Positions 10,980-21,661 of a DNA stretch of 53,914 nucleotides are shown here, piece after piece (within the stretch, counting starts at the first letter, position 1; every line of letters begins with the position of its first letter). The stretch is taken from the NCBI RefSeq assembly GCF_001194135.2, contig NC_068984.1, positions 41,955,349-42,009,262 on the forward strand, in the 5' to 3' direction. The notes below the pieces were generated by a model, which saw only the letters and a program-made list of their open reading frames with translations, ran no database searches and had not been told where the DNA came from. Source of the stretch: Octopus bimaculoides (taxonomy: Eukaryota). Position numbers and translations under genes: made by a program.

Positions 10980-11222
10980 TATATATATATATATATACAT
11001 TCATTGGTATGTAATATCTAATCAGTAAATGTTTGGAGTTTTTTAAATTTTAATGTATGTCCTAATTTGAATACAAAACCTCACTAAGCAAACAATCATA
11101 ACAAAGCCGCTGAATTAATCTGATATTTTATTCATAGCCTGTCAACTCCACTACACTCATGTTTGAGTTTGGTTCTCAAGCACAGATATAAATACTAAGA
11201 ATATGACTTTTATAGTACTCAC

Positions 11223-11311
11223 TTGATTTATTGGCCTATCGTGGGATTGTGGTATTTGCATTGTATCTTGAACCGTTCTGGATAGAGGCCAAGAATCAAA
11301 AACATCGGATC
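11223..11311 (-). CDS. WDR64: WDR64 exon (GSDVFDSWPLSRTVQDTMQIPQSHDRPINQ)
   Basis: ttattaaacaag acceptor, CAA|gtgagt donor, phase 1 to 0. Confidence 0.92.
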
Positions 11312-11410
11312 CTTGTTTAATAAACGAACAATTTTTATATATTCAATATTTATATAAGATAAAAAGGATTAAGGGGTGTGAATATGTATGCCTACACATA
11401 CATACCTACT

Positions 11411-11452
<42 letters not shown>

Positions 11453-12003
11453 NNNNNNNNNNNNNNNNNNNNNNNNNNNNNNNNNNNNNNNNNNNNNNNN
11501 NNNNNNNNNNNNNNNNNNNNNNNNNNNNNNNNNNNNNNNNNNNNNNNNNNNNNNNNNNNNNNNNNNNNNNNNNNNNNNNNNNNNNNNNNNNNNNNNNNNN
11601 NNNNNNNNNNNNNNNNNNNNNNNNNNNNNNNNNNNNNNNNNNNNNNNNNNNNNNNNNNNNNNNNNNNNNNNNNNNNNNNNNNNNNNNNNNNNNNNNNNNN
11701 NNNNNNNNNNNNNNNNNNNNNNNNNNNNNNNNNNNNNNNNNNNNNNNNNNNNNNNNNNNNNNNNNNNNNNNNNNNNNNNNNNNNNNNNNNNNNNNNNNNN
11801 NNNNNNNNNNNNNNNNNNNNNNNNNNNNNNNNNNNNNNNNNNNNNNNNNNNNNNNNNNNNNNNNNNNNNNNNNNNNNNNNNNNNNNNNNNNNNNNNNNNN
11901 NNNNNNNNNNNNNNNNNNNNNNNNNNNNNNNNNNNNNNNNNNNNNNNNNNNNNNNNNNNNNNNNNNNNNNNNNNNNNNNNNNNNNNNNNNNNNNNNNNNN
12001 NNN

Positions 12004-12260
12004 CGTGTGTGTGCGTGCGTTTGCTATTGTATGTGCGTGTGTTATTTATGCCCATGTGTGTGTGATTGTATGCGTGTCTGTGTGAGTGTGTTGTGTTGGT
12101 GAGAAGTGTGTGTGCGTGTGTATGTGTATGTGGGTGTGTGCGTGTGTGTGTGTATGTGTGTGGATGTGCGTGTGTGTGGGGGATTGTGATGTGTGTGGGG
12201 TTGTGAGTGTTAGGTACGAGTGCGTGTGTGTATGCGCGTGTGTGTTTATGTGTATATATA
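12004..12260. repeat. Degenerate (GT)n/(GC) alternating purine-pyrimidine tract
   Basis: Direct reading. Confidence 0.9.
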
Positions 12261-13351
12261 TATGAACACTCCTGTCTTCTAGACAGGGTTAACTCAGTGA
12301 AATGAGTGCAGTTAATTTTCAGCATTAATGAATAGTGTAGGACGGGGTTTGGGTAGAATTTAAAGAAATGAAAATTCAGGTATGAAGTATTAGAAATTAT
12401 ATGTAGAACAGAGTTTGTAAATCGAGTTTAAAAGAGGTCTGAGCAGAGAGCCACATTGTTAATGAGTTGTTGTTGCTGTTTAGTTCTAGGATAGTTCTGA
12501 CCTAACAGATCTATGGTCAAAAGCCTGGCAGTCAGGATCACTTCCTCTTATTCTTGCAGGTTGTATTGCTTACATTATCCAATGCCCTTCCTCCTTGAAA
12601 ACAGTAAGATATGTTTTTAAAGATTTGGCAGCAAGCTGTTTTGCAGAAGGAATAAATACTTATTAGAGCCTTGATTGATTCGTTGTTAATCAGTTCATGC
12701 GTGATGTTAGGTCTCTCGCTGTTTCACTCGGCTTAAAATACTTGTTCACTGTTATCTACCCTATGGCTCTTCTGCTATCTTTACGATATTGTCAACTTCT
12801 TTAAGCCCTAAGTCTACAAAACTTCGGCTTATATCCTTTCCTCATTTTTCTTTCGCTCATCACTTCCGCTTCTGTACAGAGCCCTATCTTATAACAATAT
12901 TTCTCTTCCATTCAATAAGAAAAGCTCACTTTTTCAGATTATTGACAGAAGGAACAGAGGAAATCAATGGATACCGTCACTGATCCTCAGATTAAATAAT
13001 AAACCAAAAGCGGATATATGAATGAATCAGTTAGATATTAAACCAATTAGTCTATGAAATTATTGACTTTATTTGCTTATCCAACATCATTTTTGCTTGA
13101 AAATCGTGTAACCTTCAGTTGTAGCACTCATTGTTGTTTTATGGTGAGATTTCAACTCAGAACATAGAGGGTATAGGCTAACAACATCGTGTAGAAAGTG
13201 AACATTTAGTTCAGTTCTCCAATTTGTTTGTTAATCCATTGTACTAGTTAGATAAATTGTTCAATTTTTTTTTAAATAGGAATGGGAGAAGGCTGGAGTC
13301 ATAAATCATCTTAAATGGGTTTAATAAATAAAATAAACGTGTTTCCCTTAC

Positions 13352-13436
13352 CTGTCAACAGTCTTTCATATTCATCGTCATAAAGCATACAGGTAATCCT
13401 AGCTCCTTGCCTATGTTGTTCAGAGCCTGAGAATAT
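13352..13436 (-). CDS. WDR64: WDR64 exon (IFSGSEQHRQGARITCMLYDDEYERLLT)
   Basis: G|gtaagg donor. Frame continuity requires the weak acceptor tgtataaatgaaag at 13437 rather than the CAG at 13427. Confidence 0.82.
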
Positions 13437-14229
13437 CTTTCATTTATACAGTGACATTAATTTACGAGTAACATAATCATTAAAAAGAAGAGAAAAAACA
13501 GCAGGTAGGAGAAAAATATAAACAACAATAACACTAATTGAAACAAGGAAAATTTAAACTGAGACATAAAAGAACACCAGAAATCTCAATGGCAACAATA
13601 TGGACAATTTCAGCAATAATAGCAACTGTATTAAATATAGCACCAAATCACTTTGGTAAAAGTATAAGTAATGTTCAGTTAATTTGTTATTCGATAATTG
13701 AACCTTAGTGCACGCGCGCGCGCGCACACATATATGTTTGCAGCTGTAGGTAGTTGGATTATTGCATAACTGACATGTGTTTCATTAATTGAATTCCTAT
13801 TTTGAAATATGGTATGTCTACATTTTTATGTATGGTTGAGAAACTTAGCTATATTAATTACTTGGAATATTTATACCTCTCGCTAATAATGTAGAACTCC
13901 TCTCGGTCATCGATTACATTCACAGCAATCTCAGGTAAGAAGTTCTGCTGGAATTTAGAGGAAGTTAAGGATTTACCAATATCAATATAGGGGTTCTTCG
14001 CTCAAAAAAAAATTCTAGGTATCAGTCATCCTAGCTGTGGTTGTGACTGAAGCAGAAGAAAGAAATGAACATTACATGTCACATTCATTCCTTAGTTTGC
14101 TTTTAATAAACCAGTTTGGATTCAAAGAAAGATATGGAGTTGGTATAATATACACAACTTAGATTACATTCAAAGTTAGCTTTCATATTTAACCGTTATG
14201 CTATCTCTCAGTTTCATCGCCAAGGAAAA

Positions 14230-15010
14230 GCAAAGCTCATAACCATGTTTGGAGTCTTGAAAGACAAGAGCCTGAAAACGATCCGCTCTAAGCTGGAGAC
14301 AAGCAGGAAATGGGAAGTCCGGGGAGCGGTGGATGCAGCAAAAGAAAGCCTTACAATCAGGAAAATAATGGGACACACTCAGACCAATAAGCAGGAACTG
14401 GGCGTAACGAAAATGGAATGGTGGTCAGAGGCCAGGGGAAAGATGAGGAGACTTCTGCGTGGTACAGATGAGCAGGAGTGCTCAGCAGACCTCCCAGGAT
14501 CTACAAAACAACCAGAAATAATCAGGAAGAGTGGTTTGAGGCCGGATATTATACTCCATTCCAATTCAAAGCAACTGATTTTGATTGAACTCACGCTTGA
14601 AAGTAGAACGGAAGAAACATATATGTTCAAGATCGAAAATACGCCTGTCTGGCCCCTGAAGGAGGCCAACTTCCGGTTCAAGGTTCTTGCCATCGAGATT
14701 GAAGCCAGAGCGTTTGTGGGCAAATCTGCTTACGATCTAATGAAACAACTTTCAGTCACTTGGAAGAACAGAACCAAATCCCTAAGGAACTGGAAACGTG
14801 ATCGAGGAGGAACAAAAATGACCTCCATGCCGTCTGAAGGCAATATTTTCATATTTTAAAAGCCTGAATCAACGGAGAGGAGTTCCAACTTGATGAAATC
14901 TCCAAGCGATTTAAATGCACAAGTCTCCGATTTCCAAGTGGCTAAAAAGTGTCAGCAGAAGGGCACCCGAGAGTCATAACTTGGATGCGGCCCGGCCCCT
15001 TAGAGTATAA
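14230..15010 (+). mobile_element. HERO/NeSL-like RLE non-LTR retrotransposon 3' fragment with internal deletion
   Basis: RKWEVRGAVDAAKESL..RKIMGHTQTNKQELG followed by LRPDIILHS..LILIELT and AIEIEARAFVG; this matches the recalled HERO-clade C-terminal region and restriction-like endonuclease. Confidence 0.75.
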
Positions 15011-15182
15011 AAAGTTAAGAGCCGAAACATTTGTTTGAGTAAAGTTTCTTTGAAAACCTTCTGCTGTTCAGCCCACTTGAGAGCTTCTTATTATTACATA
15101 ACTTAGATTACATCCGAATTTTACCTTTTATGTTTAACCAATATACTAATTGTTAGATGACAATAACAAATTTTAATTTTAC

Positions 15183-15310
15183 TTGTAAGCTTGTAAATGC
15201 GTGGATATCCCAAACTCGTATGACTCTTGCTGTAGATAAACTGATAATGTGTTGATCTCTCTCGTTGCAACAAATATCGCTCACAGTAAATAGATGACCA
15301 ATCAATTTCC
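15183..15310 (-). CDS. WDR64: WDR64 exon (GKLIGHLFTVSDICCNERDQHIISLSTARVIRVWDIHAFTSLQ)
   Basis: ttcttattcag acceptor, CAA|gtaaaa donor, phase 1 to 0; GH...WD repeat. Confidence 0.93.
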
Positions 15311-15824
15311 CTGAATAAGAAAATGTTGAAATGTTGGTTTGTTCTACATAAAATAATTAAAGAATCTCGGTAAAAGAGTAATTTTGTGTCGTTTGCCGGA
15401 TATGATGTTATGTTTGTGTAGAAAGACTTAAAATGTTATCAATATCAATCACTTAGAAAGGCACAGAGCCTTTATATGGGGTACGAAATGATAATTTGTT
15501 GCATCCATGTTCTTTCGAAGATCCTTACTAACATAACGAAATGGATATTTTAAAACAAGGATACTGAGGTGGCTCATCGGGAGCTTACAATTTTCTTTAT
15601 AGAGCTTATAATACATGACTTAGAGATATTACGAGGAAGTGGCCAAGTTTTTGTGAATTTCTGATTGTTCCAATGAATTTAGCAACTTAACTGAAGGCAA
15701 AAAGTCTACAATATAAAGAGAAGATGCTATTTTTCTCCAAGTATATGAACAAGACATTGCAAGTAAACAGTGTCGTCTCACTGAACGACCAAAATAATTG
15801 CATACTCATAGTGAAAAAGAATAC

Positions 15825-15958
15825 CTGTTGGGTGTGCAAACATATGTGGATGCCATATTCGAATGATTTTATCAACACCTCCAGTAGCGAGAATTTGTGC
15901 ACTTTTACAGTAACCAAATGCATTCACACCTTTGGGTATGGAAACTGGTTCCACCATC
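15825..15958 (-). CDS. WDR64: WDR64 exon (MVEPVSIPKGVNAFGYCKSAQILATGGVDKIIRIWHPHMFAHPT)
   Basis: ccttttgtag acceptor, G|gtattc donor, phase 2 to 1; WD40 signature. Confidence 0.93.
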
Positions 15959-16064
15959 CTACAAAAGGAACAAACACAGATATTGCTATTCGATAGAGAA
16001 CTTTACGAAATATAGAAATAGTAATTCTTAGCTTCGAAGATTTGAAGATCTTCTACAATGGGGA

Positions 16065-16094
<30 letters not shown>

Positions 16095-16099
<5 letters not shown>

Positions 16100-16246
16100 T
16101 CTCAAACGCAGGATAATGTTAATAATATAGACGGAACAGGATAAGCTACCTCTATTTTGCCGCCAACACTTTTTTTCTGCAAAATTAGGGGTAGCTTATC
16201 CTCTTCCGGCTATATTATTAGCATTATCCTGCGTTTGAGAATTTAA
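16095..16246. mobile_element. Hairpin MITE-like element (about 65-bp arms) abutting (TA)n
   Basis: taaattctcaaacgcaggataatg...agctacc versus ggtagcttatcc...cattatcctgcgtttgagaattta. Confidence 0.8.
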
Positions 16247-17202
16247 AATCACTTCCTTAACTTTCTAAGACATCTCAACCCTTGTATGCATGTATGTATG
16301 CATGAATGTGTATGCATATGTACATGTATGTATTATGCATTATACAGTATCAAATAGATAGGCTGATATAAATTCTAAATATTAGATTGCATTTAACTGT
16401 GATATAAGAATGTAAACACATTCACATTACGTCTTTGTTTTCTTTGTGTCGAAAGATGTGAACAGTGGGTTTTCTAACAGACAATTTCACGGTTTGTTGA
16501 CTGCTCCTCAGAGAAGACGTACCCATTGTGCTTTCCAAATCGATAGCATAGAATTTTAACTGTTATTCAAAGCAGTCAGAAATAAAGCTATTATCAGTAT
16601 GAGTAGTTTTAATTTGCATATTTGTGCTATTAGAAGGCTCGTCATAAATTAAACGATTATTTTATACGCGCAGCACAACGTCAAATAAAAGGGCTGAAAT
16701 AAATTTTAAATCTAAGAAAGACATTAGCTGTGATAGTTAATTATAAGAATATAAGTACATTCTTTCTACTTTTTATTTAGTGTACGGAAAAAAATATTAG
16801 GGGTTTCTTCGTGGATTGGTTCACGATTTGTGGTGGTTCTACGCGCATGTATGTTCCCTGTGTGTGTATGTGCGTGTGTGCGCGCGTGTGTATGTTGGTG
16901 AGGGGTGTATGGCTGTGTATGCACACAAGCACGCGTATATATGTGTGTGTGTGTCTGTGTAAATAGTGTAGTTTTGTAACAGTTTTTTTATAGGTCATTA
17001 CCCGCATAAAATCACCCCATGTAGCTTAAAACTGCAACTGGCACACAAACTCAAGTAACAAATCACTTAATATTAAACAAAAGATAAACGCTAAAATGGT
17101 TCATAAACAATAATATGCAATCTAAAACATAAATAGATAAAACGGTTTTAATTAATGAAACTAATATGAAATCTTTATTCAAGATTTAAATAAATTACAT
17201 AC

Positions 17203-17300
17203 TCATTATTCCAGATTTTTTCGATTGGTTCCACAACTAAAGAATACAGACTGCTGGGAGAACAGGAAACAAAGCATCTCAATTCTGGCAAATAACGTAT
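17203..17300 (-). CDS. WDR64: WDR64 exon (IRYLPELRCFVSCSPSSLYSLVVEPIEKIWNN)
   Basis: ttcttttatag acceptor, GA|gtatgt donor, phase 0 to 2. Confidence 0.92.
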
Positions 17301-17419
17301 CTATAAAAGAATCAAAACATATACAAATGCAAAGATTGTTTTCAAATTATTAATTGTATTCCTTGTGTATTCATATAAATTAATATCTTTATTTATATTT
17401 CTGTCTAGCTATATACAAG

Positions 17420-17550
17420 TGTATGTGGTAAGAAGCTTGCTTCCCAACCACATGGTTCTGGATTCAATCCCAACTGTAGCCTTGGGCCGAACCAAGCCTT
17501 GCGAGTGGATTTGTAGACAGAAACTGACAGAATCCGTAGTATACAGACAC
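17420..17550 (+). mobile_element. SINE family 2 copy with internal deletion
   Basis: tggtaagaagcttgcttcccaacca...ggttc...caagccttg.gagtggattt; homologous to 35170-35340. Confidence 0.75.
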
Positions 17551-18193
17551 ATGTGTATGTGTATGTCTCTGTCTGTCTGTGTCTGTATATATATGTATAT
17601 AGCGGGCTAGATGTGACGTACCATATCAATTCGATATAAGGTAGCCCACTTCTAAATGTAGCGTATAGATGTAACGCTTCAAGGTTTTCGTGTCGGAGTA
17701 ACCAGTGAACATCGAAGAATTAACTCCAAGAAGGAAGAAATGTTATTTACATATTTATTCGTTTACCCGACAGGTTGTTACAGAGACAGTAGCAATTCTA
17801 GTGATAGTAACGACAAGGATGACTCGCTGGTTAGTAGTTGATAACGGCTGAAAACCTCTCTTCGCATGTTTAGCGAAGGGCGAAGGGAAGTGCTGCTCTT
17901 GGTTAAGGCTGATGCAAAAGCAAGTGTTGCTCCTTGGTGTGGCTGACACCTAAGAACCAGTGTTGCTCCTTGGTCATAGCTGACACATAAGAGGAAGAGA
18001 TAGAAAATTCTCTCTGTTATATAGGCTATGGTCAGTAATGTAGGTCAAATCTTAAACAAAGGACTGACCTTTCCTTGACCAGTACAGGTTCTAGGGGGTG
18101 TAGTGTTTCCTTATCAATATGTACGTATGAATGTATAGGTATGGAAGTTTATACGTAAGGGAAAGGGTTACAATAGATGCAAAAGTAGTAATC

Positions 18194-18246
<53 letters not shown>

Positions 18247-18289
18247 CACAAACATCAACCATCTGATAATCTGTTCATAGTATACTAAC

Positions 18290-18332
18290 CTTAACAACCC
18301 AATCATCATGGAATCTTCTTCGCCGCATTGGC
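18290..18332 (-). CDS. WDR64: WDR64 exon (KPMRRRRFHDDWVVK)
   Basis: ttctctttaaag acceptor, AAG|gttagt donor, phase 2 to 0. Matches the family motif KRKLHNDWVMK. Confidence 0.9.
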
Positions 18333-18516
18333 CTTTAAAGAGAACAAGAATATAGTATATGTCTAATACATATCTGTGTGTATGTGGGAGAAAGAGAAAG
18401 ATAAATTAACAGAGCGAGATAAATTGAGAGAGGGAGAGATAAATCGAGAGCGAGAAAGAGAGATAAATTAATAGATAGGCAGATGTACATACACAAAACA
18501 ACAACTGAACCAAACA

Positions 18517-18554
<38 letters not shown>

Positions 18555-19291
18555 CCCCACATACACACGTATTCTTGGGCTGATCCCTACCAGCTGAAGT
18601 TCACCTAAAATACTGGGACATTTGCTGAAGTGCTTCCCAAGCAAATGATATTCTTTTGTTATATCGTGAAGGACCTAATTTTTGGTAGTAATGAATTTGA
18701 ACTCAAAACACAAAGCACTCGAACAGATGCAAGACATCTCATCGGACGCGTTAACAATTTGACAGTCTACCGATCTTGTCTGTTACTATTGTATCCATCC
18801 GAAAGGATGTTAAACAAAACTAACCAGGTGCGATTTGAACTTTTTGATTTGGACATTGTGTCTCACACTCTAACGTTACCACCAGTTCAACCACACACAC
18901 AGACACTTGCGCACGCGTACACACATACACACATTTTTCTATTGTAGTGTTCAGTGTTACAGCAAGACAACACTGGGTAGCGCTGCTAGTGCTTGAGTAT
19001 GCTGTGTGTAGTATCCATACATAAACATACACACGCACAGGCCTCACACAAACAATATATCTCATTTGTGTTACCCTGTCTGGCACTAATTTGTTATATT
19101 TTTTTTTCATGAGGACAATATTTTCAGTGGGATGTCACTGCCTTATTATTATAATAGTTTTCTGACTTGTAAACAACAATGGTTCACCCTCAAGTATTTT
19201 CTTTTATGCAAGCAAATTGTTAACACATTTTCTTACTCGTCACGAAGACAAAAAAAAAAAAGCTTGCAACTCCATTAACGGTGCTGAAGAA

Positions 19292-19970
19292 AATATTCGG
19301 ATCTTTTTTAAAACGGGGGCCACATTTTTCATTAATGTTTTACGTAGTGTTTTTGGTACCGAAAGACTTTCAAACTTCGTATACTTATCTATTTTGTGTT
19401 ATAGAACAGAAAAATATTTTTGTATTCGAATTTATTTCATGTAAAAAATTGTCTTATTTCGATAATTTCAACCAATCACTGACGTCCATTCAGCCGATAT
19501 ACATTAAGTGCCGACTACATAAACAAACGATTCTTCGTTTTATTTGCTTTTTTCATTTTAAATTTGCTTTNNNNNNNNNNNNNNNNNNNNNNNNNNNNNN
19601 NNNNNNNNNNNNNNNNNNNNNNNNNNNNNNNNNNGCTTTAACCCTAACCCTAACCCTAACTCTAACCCTAACCCTAACCCTAGGGTTAGGGTTAGGGTTA
19701 GAGTTAGGGTTAGGGTTAGGGTTAATTGTTTCAGAATCGTTTGTTTATGTAGTCGGCGCTTAATGTATATCGGCTGAATGGACGTCAGTGATTGGTTGAA
19801 ATTACAGAAATACGACAACTTTAACATGGAATAATTTATGGATTTCTTTTTTTTTTAAGAAGACTAAGAGAAAAAGATGTTTTATATGACACATTCTACC
19901 AGTGTTCCAAGTTTCAAAGTGTTTCGTTAATGAAAAATGTGGCCCCCGTTTTAAAAAAGATCCAAATATT
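19292..19970. mobile_element. Fold-back element with nested inverted arms and a central telomeric-repeat palindrome
   Basis: Outer arms 19292-19335/19927-19970, inner arms 19436-19534/19733-19830, centre (CCCTAA)n(TTAGGG)n. Confidence 0.8.
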
Positions 19971-21036
19971 CCACTTGATGTAAAACTACAACTACTGGGG
20001 GTGATATGAAATGTCAGATGCAGGTGGTTATCGTTTAACATGGTGACATCGACAATAAAAACTGTCATGAAAAATATAGGCTAAATAAAAGCTTCTGCTA
20101 TGACGACTCCGTTTTATCCACAATGATGGTTGTAAATTTTCAATAAAAATGGAAGATATGCTTGTTATATAGGTAGATTAGAAAAGCAATGTAACATACC
20201 ACTAAGGCAACTTATCATAATGCCGAAAGAATTTCAGACGTTTACACGAAGGCTTAATATTAGAAGCATTTACAAGCAATATATGTTTGGCCTGAAAGAC
20301 TGAAATGACGGCGCAACCATTACAATATCTGCATGTTTGGCGATGTTATATATAAGTCGATTCCCATATAGCTAAGGAGTTTCTCATGTTTCTTGAGTGT
20401 ATCATTGAATATATCAACTACCTTCTCTTACTTACATTCACTGTAGATGAAACAAGCCTTGTTCAGAAAGCTTTTATTAGTCCTCAGGTTAGTCTCCAAA
20501 AAGGTTAAAGTTAGGTGTTCTGGACACACGATATTTTACTAGCACGAATTGCTTTGTTTGAGTGAAAAAAAAAAAAAAATTAAAAAGCCCAGATGCATTC
20601 TGCGTATTGTAACCCAACCAATGTGCGAGGAAAAACGACAGACACAGTTCCTATTCCTATCTCTTACAGCTGCTTTTAAATTAAAATAATGGTGTGTAAG
20701 CCTGCATATTCGTGATTGAAATTGATTAATCTTATTTCATATTTTTATAACATTAGACCTTAATTATACCTATTACGTCATTTTATCTTAAGTCTAGATA
20801 ACGATGTGTAACATCACTTTAATGTGAGAGGTTATCTAAAGTTATTTAGTGCACTCTGGGTTTTTCTACTGATTGGAATATCTATCTTCTATGTATGTGT
20901 TCGTATCAAGCTTAAAAATAGCCTGTCAAGTCCGTATAGCTACTTATATTACGCTTGCATGACCTGGTATAGTGTTATTTTATTTAGTATTACATTGTTT
21001 TATGAAAGAATTTACAGTTCTGAGGTATTGTCATCC

Positions 21037-21152
<116 letters not shown>

Positions 21153-21661
21153 NNNNNNNNNNNNNNNNNNNNNNNNNNNNNNNNNNNNNNNNNNNNNNNN
21201 NNNNNNNNNNNNNNNNNNNNNNNNNNNNNNNNNNNNNNNNNNNNNNNNNNNNNNNNNNNNNNNNNNNNNNNNNNNNNNNNNNNNNNNNNNNNNNNNNNNN
21301 NNNNNNNNNNNNNNNNNNNNNNNNNNNNNNNNNNNNNNNNNNNNNNNNNNNNNNNNNNNNNNNNNNNNNNNNNNNNNNNNNNNNNNNNNNNNNNNNNNNN
21401 NNNNNNNNNNNNNNNNNNNNNNNNNNNNNNNNNNNNNNNNNNNNNNNNNNNNNNNNNNNNNNNNNNNNNNNNNNNNNNNNNNNNNNNNNNNNNNNNNNNN
21501 NNNNNNNNNNNNNNNNNNNNNNNNNNNNNNNNNNNNNNNNNNNNNNNNNNNNNNNNNNNNNNNNNNNNNNNNNNNNNNNNNNNNNNNNNNNNNNNNNNNN
21601 NNNNNNNNNNNNNNNNNNNNNNNNNNNNNNNNNNNNNNNNNNNNNNNNNNNNNNNNNNNNN

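Noticed and set aside
11369-12325. Long ORFs spanning N-runs (also 20824-21763, 24898-26809, 32070-32380, 35134-36282, 41543-41965, 51683-52290)
   Set aside because: They are open only because of assembly gaps and microsatellites.
12560-13934. Plus-strand exon-like segments (12560-12603, from 12938, about 13900-13934)
   Set aside because: The splice-like signals give short unrecognisable peptides and no consistent chain; this is expected by chance in AT-rich introns.
17915-17992. About 35-bp tandem duplication, and a 22-bp one at 32449-32490, as CRISPR-like arrays
   Set aside because: Only two units and no unique spacers; ordinary slippage duplications in a eukaryotic genome.
19641-19724. 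Ancestral telomere-telomere chromosome fusion site
   Set aside because: The repeat polarity is opposite to a fusion junction, the array is short, and it sits inside a fold-back element in an intron.
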